NCBI GenBank assembly: GCA_012295275.1 | Contig: CM022671.1 | Coordinates: 25,792,001-25,856,000, forward strand | Direction of reading: 5' to 3' | Origin: Chrysomallon squamiferum | Taxonomy: Eukaryota > Animalia > Mollusca | DNA: 64,000 nucleotides | Shown here: piece after piece, positions 26,676 through 37,452 of the stretch | Layout: each line of letters begins with the position of its first letter | Position numbering within the stretch: the first letter of the stretch is position 1 | Position numbers and translations under genes: made by a program | Notes under the pieces: generated by a model | What the model saw: only the letters and a program-made list of their open reading frames with translations | What the model was told of the DNA's origin: nothing | Databases searched by the model: none

Positions 26676-27236
26676 ATGATAAACACAATGCCTCTGGTGA
26701 TTACGAACACTGATAAAGTCTTCTTACGAACGTCTGGAATGGATTCAAATTATGCCAAAATAGACCAGATTCAGATGAAGCTGAGAGCTGAACCTTTAGA
26801 GATGGGCGATAAAAGATTTATATTCATAAGAATGACAGCATACTTTTCAAAAAACAAAGACGAAATAATACGATTAGTTTCGCTGAGGTCGAAAAAAAGT
26901 GGTGAAACATTTGCGATCGTTCCTAAAATAGAACCAAACAGCGACGTTCTTGAAGTCGAGCTTCAACGTATAAAAGAATCTGACGATCAAAACGATCCAA
27001 AGCTTTGGTTTGTTTTAAAACTCAACGATGCATCTGAAATGCTCGAATCGTTTTCAGTGCGGGGATATTACTTAAGTATTGACGAAGAAGGAGTTGTTTT
27101 CAGAAGATTAGAAGAATGGCCTGCTGGAGACAATTGCTGTATTGAGATGTGGCAAGTTGAGAAATCTAAATCACATGTATTTAACCGAATGAAATCTGCA
27201 GTTTCTAATGCTCTGAGATCGCCGTGGAAACTATGA
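26676..27236 (+). CDS. IL-1-like beta-trefoil protein, copy 5 (B-type), ~186 aa
   Basis: First in-frame ATG is at 26676. The frame stays open upstream to 26520 (GTG). Core motifs are as in copies 2 and 4. Confidence 0.75.
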   Translation: [186 protein letters not shown]

Positions 27237-27869
27237 ATAATAACCACAATAACACTTCTTGCAGTGATTCAAGAATCTGGAGAAAGATCCAATTAACAGA
27301 GGTGGCACTTGGGAGAAAACCGACATTATATTATTCTCCAGTCCAGGAGTTCAGAAAAAGTGGTCACTTTATTGGAATGAACACAGGTTTAAAAAAAAAA
27401 AAAAATGTCACAAAAACAACATGGGCTGTTTTACTGACATTTGTAAGTGTACAGTTTTATCACATCACATATATGTGTTTAAAATTCAAGAACTGCTGCC
27501 TCGACCTTGACTTGAATTATTACTGAAACGTGATTTGTGATATAGTATTTTCTTGAATTAAGGAATCAGTTACCACTTTTCAGGAATCAAAAATAGAATT
27601 CAACGTGCTGTTTGTATTTTGCAAGGAAAGGTACTTATTTTTTTTTTTTTTTTTTTTTTTAAATTTTGATGTTTCATAGCTATAAAGAAGAACATCAGGA
27701 AGGACATTATTATGGCACTGTGCTGTTATTCACTTTTAAGTCTGTAATCTCGTACATACAGAAGGATGGTCAGTGATAAAACATAAAGCTGTACGTTATA
27801 CAAAAGGACTGCAACTCCTACGATTCGTTTTTTTGTGCATATCCTCTAAGGGTAGCTATCGATATTTGA

Positions 27870-28152
27870 TTTTCGATACATCGCTTACTACGAGTGGCAT
27901 TCATTTCCAGATTTGTCGTTGGATAAAACTGTACTTTGTATGATTTGTTCTCTATTTAAAATTAATTTGTATGATGCAGTTAGATTTATTTGCTGTGAAT
28001 CACTGGGAACTTTTCACTGAAATAACTTGAAAACCATCCTTTTTTTTTTTTTTTTCGTGATGTATTTCTAAATATAGATGATTCCAAACACAAAAATAGG
28101 AGGAGCGCATTGGAATGTTCCTGACGTGATATAAAAATTGAAAACTATAAAA
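27870..28152 (+). promoter_or_regulatory. Sixth copy of the cluster promoter, with no IL-1-like ORF downstream
   Basis: GATACATCGCTTACTA...GATAAAACTGTACTTTGTATGAT...TGAATCACT...GGAATGTTCCTGACGTGATATAAAA matches the upstream regions of copies 1-5. Homology stops at ~28152. Confidence 0.7.
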
Positions 28153-28731
28153 AGTGGAGTGAGATTTTTAAAAAGACCATTGGCAAAACAAACAAAAAAA
28201 AAAAAAAAAAAAAAAAGTTCAGAATTGTTGGACCAGAAGGAAGCAGCCAAAGAGAACAAGGAAACATCTACAGCAGCCGAGAACAGAACAAACAAACAGG
28301 ACGCAACCAACACGGACCTGGTGATGACTAGTAAACCTTCAAATAGCTGGATAAATGCCGGAGACAAGAAGGAGCGGGTAACTCCCTTGTGTCCTGCAAT
28401 TGTAACGAGAACCCATTCTCTTACCTTATCCAAAACTCTTTTCTGCGACGGACACGCCTGCTGACCTGTCAGAGAGGATGCCTGTCGTAGATGTGCTTCA
28501 CAACAGCTAGCTCTGATTAGCATGTTAATTTTTTTCACTTCACTTTTAAAACCACTGTGGAATTTCAGCTCCTTTTTATTCTTCATGTAACTGTGTTTAT
28601 TGTCAAATTTCTACAAAACCACAAAGAAAACATTCTTGGAAATAATATTAACTGCATGATGCAGAAATTAACAAACTTTTACTAATCATATCTGTACTTC
28701 AAAAAAGTGCAAGTTTGACAACCAAAGTTTT

Positions 28732-28762
<31 letters not shown>

Positions 28763-29435
28763 CTTATTTATTTTTATTTTTAATTTATATTTATTATTAT
28801 TATTTTTTTTTATATTATTATCATTTTAATTAATTAATTTTTACGCTCTCTTTGTAAATGTTAACTTATATTAAACAGAATTCATTAATATTCTTATTCT
28901 TATATTTTACTGAACTGTAACGTTTGTAGCTTTTACATTATTTATTCTATATAAATTGCATTTGTGTTTTTCTTTTTCACTAAAGAATCTGCATTAGCCT
29001 CCTTCATATTTTGTTTTTAAAAGTTTGTGCATTTGTGCTGTTAAAGCACCAAATTTACATATATTAAATACATAAGTAGCATTTAATGACAGCTGTTTCT
29101 GGATAATTTTGAATTGTATCTATATGTTTAGTCATATATTGCATGTTATTCACACACACACACTCACACACATGCACACTTGTACACACTCTCACACACA
29201 CACACACAGTTACACACATCTGTTTTTTGTAAAAAAAACAAACTAAAATATAAATAATTGTATCATGTAACTAAATAAAACATTTACTAAATCATAAAGA
29301 TCTTTTTTTATTTTTTTTATTTTTTATTAATGTAAATATTTTTAGAAAAAATATAGTATATCTAGATTAAAAACATTTTAATTTGAATCCTTTTGAAATG
29401 TATCCAGCTCTTACACAAACATGTTTTGTTCACTG

Positions 29436-30391
29436 TCACAAAATAACACAGAAAGAACCGTCTGACTGTTTCTCCGGAGTCGCAGTCCCTGATTGCGAAA
29501 CACGACCTAAGATTGTATTCTCTCTTTGTTTTGTCCATTTGTCTAAAGGCTCGTTCCATTCTGGTGGAGGTGAAGTTCTGTATTCCCAGACATCATTACC
29601 TTTAGCACCTGCAAGTCTCTCTTTCATCCGCAACCTCTCATGCACAAGAATTTCTTCCTAAGAAAATATATATATTTTTTTTTTAGACAGATTTATTTTT
29701 ATTTATTAGTATGCGTATTCAGCTTAAAACGTAAATTTATAAAACTGTTTCAAATGCTTTGATGTGCATTTAACATCTTCCTTCTTATTATTTATTGTTA
29801 TTAATGTTTTTGGTTGTTGTTATTTGTAGTTGTAGTAGTATTTACTATATTATTCATTTCAGGGCATAAAGAATGCTAAATTTAAAGTAATGAACTATTT
29901 CTCAAATTTATCACACAATAAAAAGTAATTCTGCAACTGAATGAAATCATATTTAGATGGAAAAGACACATCATAATTTTGAAAACAGTAAAATTTGAAG
30001 ATTTAAGTAATAAAATAATATTTATGTGCTAGGTTTTTAATTTTCTTGAAACATGCTTCAAATGATGATGATATGTACTTTTTAAAACAACAGCATAACT
30101 TTATATTTTATAATATTGCTTATATCTTTAAAAAAACTCAGCTATGGTAATCAGAAAACATTACTGACAATGCATCAAAAATATACAACTTTTACATTTT
30201 ACTCTATTTTATTATTTTATCCAGTCACCTACAGCTGCTTCTGGTGAATTTGTGTCCACAAATTTTAGACAATTATTAAAATCATATTTCCATTTTTTGC
30301 AGTCATCAAAAGTGCCATAAATATAATAATGATGAAATCTGCCTCGTATACCTGCAACAAAGTTATTAAGAATATTAACTATATTATGTAT

Positions 30392-30440
<49 letters not shown>

Positions 30441-31303
30441 TATTTGACAATATACATTCAAGAAACATTCCACTTTCACCAACACTAAATAAACAAATAT
30501 AAATACAAATGTACGTACACTGAATGAAGATTTCTGAAATACATTGTACCATTCTTTATTAGCTCTTATTAAAATGCAAAAGGAGTCCCCCAAATCCCAA
30601 GTATTTCTAATTTATTAGATTATTTATTGTATCAAATGAAGTGAGTCCCAGTATGTAATACAAAGACATCATATAATTCATCTTAATCTATCAGAAAGTA
30701 TTTAGACCGAATTTCTAATATATTTAAACTCTTTATGTACCTACTTTTGCAATCTTCATATTCTTGTCTATAAAATTCACAAGGTCTAATCTGAAATTTA
30801 AAATAATTAATAATTAGAATAACACAGACCGTATGAATGTTTAAATTAGAAGAGAATGAAAATTTCTTTTTAATTAATATATTATTTTATTTGATTATAT
30901 ATATATATATATATATAATTGCTTTTTATTTTTATTTTTTTTTTTTTTTTTATTGTCGACTCCATTCATATTTGTGAGTCAGAATTTTAATATTATCATT
31001 CCTGATTACAGGTTTACTTATGTTTAGGAAAAGAGTTCAGAATTATAATAAATCTTTTAAAATATCTCTGGTTGAAATAAAATTTGGGTACGAAATCAGA
31101 GTTATCTAACTTTGTGAGCTATGGTCAGAATTTTTATGACTTAAGCAACACGTTTACTAGTGTATATTAAACACAGTTAATTTAATATATTATTGCAATA
31201 AATATTATTTCAATATATAATTAGATATAATACACACCATCCATACGTCTGCACTTAAACCTCCCTGAGAACTATTACCTTTATGTTCACTGGAGGCAGC
31301 CAT
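29436..31303 (-). CDS. C22orf39: C22orf39 / UPF0545-like protein, 4 coding exons
   Basis: Exons 31303-31238, 30790-30745, 30351-30233 and 29657-29436 are all GT-AG with matching phases. Protein: MAASSEHKG...WMIRPCEFYRQEYEDCKSIRGRFHHYYIYGTFDDCKKWKYDFNNC...NDVWEYRTSPPPEWNEPL...FCVIL, showing the family Cys pattern and VW..R..PP.W motif. Confidence 0.85.
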
Positions 31304-31984
31304 TTTAATAATATTACAATTATTATAAATTTAAACTTCTAAAACAGTCTGGATTTAACATGAAATGTTGACAATTAATAATAAATAATTAAATAATAAA
31401 GATTTACTATTTTAATATGCAATAGGAGACATATTAATAAGAATTAAAAAATTATTATGATATTTTATTATAATTGTTTTACTTTGGTTATTGTATTTTA
31501 TCCTGCGTCATCTGATTATCTTGGCCTATTTGGCTATACATTTTCAACAATTTTTAGTTTATCATTAATTAAATATATGTTCTTAATCTGAATTAATCTG
31601 AATTATTTGCAATTTAACACAAAATATATGTTTTAAGTATATGTGATGTGCCCATCTGGATCCCAGAAGCTCGACTTAGTTTACAGTTGCAGTAGGCTTA
31701 TACACTTGTTAACTGATTCAGAACAATGACTGATATTTATGATGATGGTGATGGTGATGGTAACGATGATGATAATAGTAATAACAACATTAACAACAAC
31801 AAATTTCTTTAAAAAAAAAATGTATATGAACGAAGATTTAATGAAATCTCTTTACATTTAACATTAATACATTTAAATGATTTTTATAAGATATCTAGAT
31901 AATCATAATGCATTGCTGCAATGAAAGTATATATAATTTATATACTTCTCTTTATTATTATTCTTTTAATTACTATTATTATAA

Positions 31985-32015
<31 letters not shown>

Positions 32016-32300
32016 TTTTTTTATTTTTTTTTTTTTTTGTTAAGAACCTTTTTTAAATTTATCAGCAAGCATTTATTATTTATTTTTGCTTTGTTTTCAT
32101 TATTATCGATCGACTGGTTTTTTTTGTTTTTGTTTTTTTGGTAATTTTAGAATGCTTTCAACAAAGATGTTCATATACGAACATAGTTTCTACGGTAAAC
32201 GATTTAAATTTATTTTCCGGATCATAATTGCAATTTTATAATCGAAGGGAGATAAATCAGAAATGCTGGTGTAATCTAGCCTTTAACTAAAGGTTATCTA

Positions 32301-33900
32301 ATGAATTCGATTCAGTCAAATTCTACGAAATTTTATGTTTGTGAATGTTTTTACACAAAAAATATATATCTTAAATCTTATCGCATGCACGTTGTATACA
32401 AGTCAAGAGATCAATTTATTTCCGACTTTACTCAGGTAAATATTTGTGTTGTTCGTATTTTCCTCAATTAATTAATGCGCACTAATCTTGAATTTTATTA
32501 GAATTATAAATGACTATGTTGTGTAATTTGAATGATTACGATTCCATCGGACCGTTCATAAAATATTTCTTTTACATTTTAATCAAATTTATTCATATTT
32601 AAATTAATATATTTTTATGAGTTTTATTTGCGATAGGCCTTGAAGGGAAAAGGATGTGACACCGAAGAAAAACTTGAAGATGTGCTGATGGAGGTATATT
32701 TAATAAAATGAATGGAAAATGATTGGGGAAAAAAAAAAAATAAATAAATAAATAATAACGAAATAAAGCTATGTATTATATTTTAGTTTTAAAAAAAAAA
32801 AATAAAAAAGGCTAACAAAAATAAGTCTGTAAATCATACCTTCAAAATTAAACCAAATTTATAAATATACTTTTTCCGCAAGTACCTTTATCTGTTTTAA
32901 TTCTGTTTTTATTAAATGTTAAAAATTATTGTTAATATAAAGGGATCTTTTATAAGTTCTAACATTTGTTTTAGTTCAGTACTTGGAAACGCAAACAGTG
33001 CAGTTTTAATGGGAATTTTTCAACAGAAATATTGCAGTCTTGTGTCCTTTATATTGTTTACCATACACTCTTTATATCGAATTTCCTATTAATGTATTTT
33101 AATGTATTTAATGGTATTAACCACTTCCCCGAAACAAATTAACAAGTAATAATAATAATTGTTGCAAATTTAAAGTAGCATAATGTGCAATTCATTTTGC
33201 GTTTGTTTCACAACCGCAGATAGAAAATGAAATTCAACGACGGCGAAATCTTTGCAATCAGTATTTAGAGAGAAGAAAAATAATCTCAGCCACTTATAAT
33301 CCATTGCACCCAGATATATACCATTTGAAGGTAATCTTTATCATTTTTTTTTTTTTTTTTTTTTATTTTTAAAAACGACACTATCGGTGTATGTATGTTT
33401 TTATATACAGAGACGCTCGTGTCTACAGTTCATGTGTTTGTATACTTTCTATGTTATATATTAAGATAGCTTTTGAAGTGTGTTTGATTATAGTTTATTT
33501 CTCGTCATTTCAAACTGCAAATAAACATGTTGATCTTGTGGTGTTTTGTTATATGTGGAAGTTTAAATTTTTTTTTGTTTTGTTTTTATATTGGGTTTTT
33601 TTTTTTTGTTGTTGTTGCTTTTTATTATTTTTAATTATTATTATTATTATTATTTTTTTTTTTTTTTTTTTTTTTTTATTAAATATATTTTTTTTTAATG
33701 GCAGGAAGAATATCTAGCATCAGAATTTTTGGACCTTGTGACATACTGCAAGACAGATGGCGTATCAATAGAAGGGGTCCTCACCAAGGTTGAAAAACAG
33801 CAAGGTAGCAATATTTAATTCCTTGAAACAAAGGTTAAATTTTTTTTTTTTAAATTATCGATAAATAAATACATAAAATAAAATATGATATTTAATGTTG

Positions 33901-33936
<36 letters not shown>

Positions 33937-34274
33937 GTTAGTTTAGCTGTTAAATTTATTATTTTACGTCACATTTTAAGATGGTCTAATTAAAATAATT
34001 AACATATTTTAATGTTTTTTTGTTCAGGTGAAAGAATCTATTCCTTCCCAGTTTTCACGAATGATTTTTGCACGTTGTTCACCGAAGAACTGGAACATTT
34101 TGAAAAGAGCGACTGCCCACGCGGTCGACCCAACACAATGAATAATTATGGGGTATTATTCAGATTTCATTAGTCAAACGACAATGCAGTAAAAATCTTT
34201 GCTATTTATTATGTTTGTTAGGTGAATGATTTCATCTTGTGTTTCATACTAATGTTCTATAATAATAATGATAA

Positions 34275-34306
<32 letters not shown>

Positions 34307-35205
34307 CAGTAATATAATTTGTTAGATTATCATTGTAACGTTTCAGTATGGAGCTTGTGGACTGAAGAGTATAATTTTGTGTGCAAAAATCGGTAAACTC
34401 CTTTGTATGACAAATAAGATGACAAATAATAAATGTGTGTACTTAAAGTTTCACTAACAGAGAATTGGTCGAATCGGTAAAAAGCTTTAAGTCAGACTGA
34501 TTAATTTTGTACTTTGCTGTAGCTATACTTGTCAAATGGTTTCTGGATGAAAATTAATAATTAATGACAGCCGTTGGGTTTTCCAAACATTCACCAGTTT
34601 ATAAATTTATATACACAAAACGTCTTATTTTTCAAATTTATTTTTAATTTAATTTAATTTTTTTTTTATTATTATTTTTTTTTCCCCAGATACTTCTTAA
34701 CGAACTGGGATTTGACGAATATTTCCTCATTCCTTTTCGTCTAAAGTACTTGATCCCAATTAGCGCTATTCTGTTTCCAGACTGGGGTGGGGAAAGTCTC
34801 GATTCCCATAAGGCGTTTATTGTTACATACAAAATCGGCGAGGATCGTGATCTAAGCTATCACTATGACAACGCAGAGGTTACGCTGAACGTTGCTCTTG
34901 GCTCGAACTTTTCCGGTGGATCTATATATTTCGGGAACATGAGAGACGAAACTTCACGAACAACATACACAGAGTACAAACATAAACTTGGCGTAGGGGT
35001 CATGCACAGAGGGCAGCATCGACACGGGGCTAATGCGATCGAATCTGGTGAGAGGTACAATCTGATTATATGGATGAGGTCATCACAAATTCGTAATCAG
35101 TTTTGCCCAATGTGCAACGAAAGTCCAGAATTAGTTGAAACGGTCGGATACGGAGACGGCTTTACAAAGAATGACAACGTCGTTGATGTGTGTGTTACTT
35201 TGTAG
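32301..35205 (+). CDS. OGFOD2: 2-oxoglutarate/Fe(II)-dependent oxygenase domain-containing protein 2, 6 exons
   Basis: Exons 32301-32435, 32637-32693, 33220-33330, 33705-33804, 34028-34152 and 34690-35205, in frame. Motifs: C.CFYTKNI, GRPNTMNNYG, LDSHKAF, HYDNAEVTLN (HxD), HRGQHRHGA, GERYNLIIWMRSS, CPMC. Confidence 0.93.
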
Positions 35206-36639
35206 CACAACAAACATTAAATAATTTGGCTATAAATATTTTGTTATCCTAAAAACTCTGAAAAAAATGTATGTATATATATATATATATAAATGTATTC
35301 AACTTGATTTATATCTTGAAATGTTTTCTTACAAACAGACCATGTTGATTAAATAAGGTCTTTCCCCGGAATAGTCAACCTCTATTGGCTGTTTGCTTGA
35401 TACATTTCGTTAATCCTTGAAACTTTGTTAACAATCTACAAGGAATGATAAAAGTCTTAATCTGAAAGCTTAATTGTGTCTTATTGCTAAATAACAGGAC
35501 ATTTCAACTTAACTGTGATAAATCAGTAATATTTAAGATAAGATTCTATTCATACCGTATATGTTTTGTGTATTCTGTTTTCCTGTCTTATTACCATTTT
35601 GATTCCTGACTGAAATACAGTCTGTGTTTGATTTCCCTACCTTATTCGCATGCTTTCATAGAAATATAAATGTATACTTCTTCCAAATAGGATATTAAAA
35701 ATGGCGTTGAAGGAAATGAGACAACTGCACCTACAAAAAAAGAAATGAAATGTACAATATTAAATAAAATAAAACGAGGTTATCAGTTCCAGAGACGATT
35801 ATTATTCTATTCTATTACCAAAGAATAATAGCAGAAATACCTTGACTAAACTGTATATGCATAAGCTGTATTAAAACAAAAGTACCTTTTCAATTTATTA
35901 AATGATGTAGTCGATAAATATTTTTTTAAACTACAATTACGTATCTTTGAGATAACGAAAGAGAAAACATATTGCAGTCATGCAATGTTCTGCACTTTTT
36001 ATCTTTCTCTTAGGACCTCTGGAAACAAAGTTTATATAAACCTTTCAAGGAAAAGGAAACTGCAAACCAAGGCCTTGTACAAAGTTCAGTTTATAGAAAG
36101 ATATAAATAAAACGGAAACAAAGACAGAAAAATCAAAGCGTGAAAATAAATTAAAATGACCTTTCTTTGGCAGAAATCTCCGTCATGTTTGAACACTTAT
36201 CTATTAGAAGAATGTTGAAAGTTACACATCAACAATGAAAAAGAAAACAACTAAATATGCGAAATCTTACAAGTCTCAAACTATATTAAACATTATATTA
36301 CTCTTTTTATAACTTTCTTTGACATAAAGCACCTTTTCACAGCTGGCTAACATTCGTGTAGTTATTAACAAAACCATCAATTTTACAATCATAAAATAAA
36401 GCACAACAAAAGTAAAACAAATACATACTTTTCTTAATCACACCTACAACACACGAACTATAACCTTAACACTGAAACAGTGGAAATCTTTGTAACAGCA
36501 GTTAGCTCAAGTCACCAGTGGTTCTTGTCTTTACAACCTTTTAAGATTACATTGTCGTAAAAGATGAAGAAAGCGGCTGAAATTAAGCTCACACGGAGAA
36601 GTTCCGACAGCTGGCGGGAGCAGAGATCGGGACTTGCTA

Positions 36640-36680
36640 GGGTATATAACACTGGGTATTGACTGTTAAGAGTCAGTCTC
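36640..36680 (+). promoter_or_regulatory. TATA box plus Inr of the EGF-VWD gene
   Basis: TATATAA at 36643-36649 and TCAGTC at 36673 (A at 36675, ~30 nt spacing), with the ATG at 36712. Confidence 0.6.
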
Positions 36681-36711
36681 CTTTCTCGTCAGAAACTGTC
36701 TGAACAATACG

Positions 36712-36953
36712 ATGAATCTCAACTGCATTGCTTTCACTGTCGTCTTCGCTCAGTTTGTCTCGCTGATACAAGGTAAAACTATTTTCTTTAACTCTGTAAT
36801 TTAGTCAAATGTCAGGGAAACACGAATTTCAGCTTGCGAAATGAATTTAAAACAAAATAACTCACAGATATGGGTTTTCATTGTATATCTTAGAAAGCTG
36901 TTATATCTTTATTTCGCGCCGAAATTTTGTTTTTCACTTATGAATTTAAACAT

Positions 36954-36988
<35 letters not shown>

Positions 36989-37417
36989 TTTTTGTTTCTT
37001 TTTCCTGTGTTTTACAGAACACAGTGGTAAAGTCCGCAATAATGTCCACGAGAAACAAACCTGAATTTTTTTCGTGAAAATATGCTAAACATTTATCCAC
37101 ATCTGTTTATTCATTGTTTATTTAGGAAACTGTAATATTTTATTATTATTAGCAGGGCAAAACGTCTTTTATATATATAGCCTTTATAGCCATGTAGAAG
37201 CACAAGTAACTTAATTCGAATGAAATATTTCTGAATTCGTTTGTACGTGTTCATTTTGTTGTTTATTTATCTACTTATTCATTTTATATATATATATATG
37301 TATATATATACGTATATATATTATTTCGTTATTATTATTATTTATTTATGTTATATTATGTTATGTTATTTTATTTTATTTTTTTATTTTATTTTTTTTT
37401 TTTTTTTTTACCCGTAG

Positions 37418-37452
<35 letters not shown>

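Larger units (their letters stand above)
12530..28150 (+). repeat. Tandem segmental duplication array carrying the IL-1-like genes (order A-B-A-B-B plus a promoter remnant)
   Basis: 12530-13660 is repeated at ~18740-19840. Spacer blocks (e.g. AAGTCTGTAACCTCGTACATACAGAAGGATGGTCAGTGATAAAACATAAAG; GTGACTTTGAATAACATTTTAAAAAGTAAATTACAAGTAACTAATCGAAG) recur 5-6 times. Confidence 0.95.

Noticed and set aside
23430-27526. ORFs 23430-23708 and 27224-27526 as a second gene family
   Set aside because: They overlap the stop codons and 3'UTRs of copies 4 and 5, cross poly-A tracts of variable length and are broken in other copies.
12530-28150. Array as a transposon or virus insertion
   Set aside because: No transposase, RT, integrase, LTR or terminal repeats with target duplications were seen; the pattern fits local tandem duplication.
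28068-28586. 172-aa minus-strand and 108-aa plus-strand ORFs
   Set aside because: They cross a long A/T homopolymer and a promoter remnant, with no recognisable domain.
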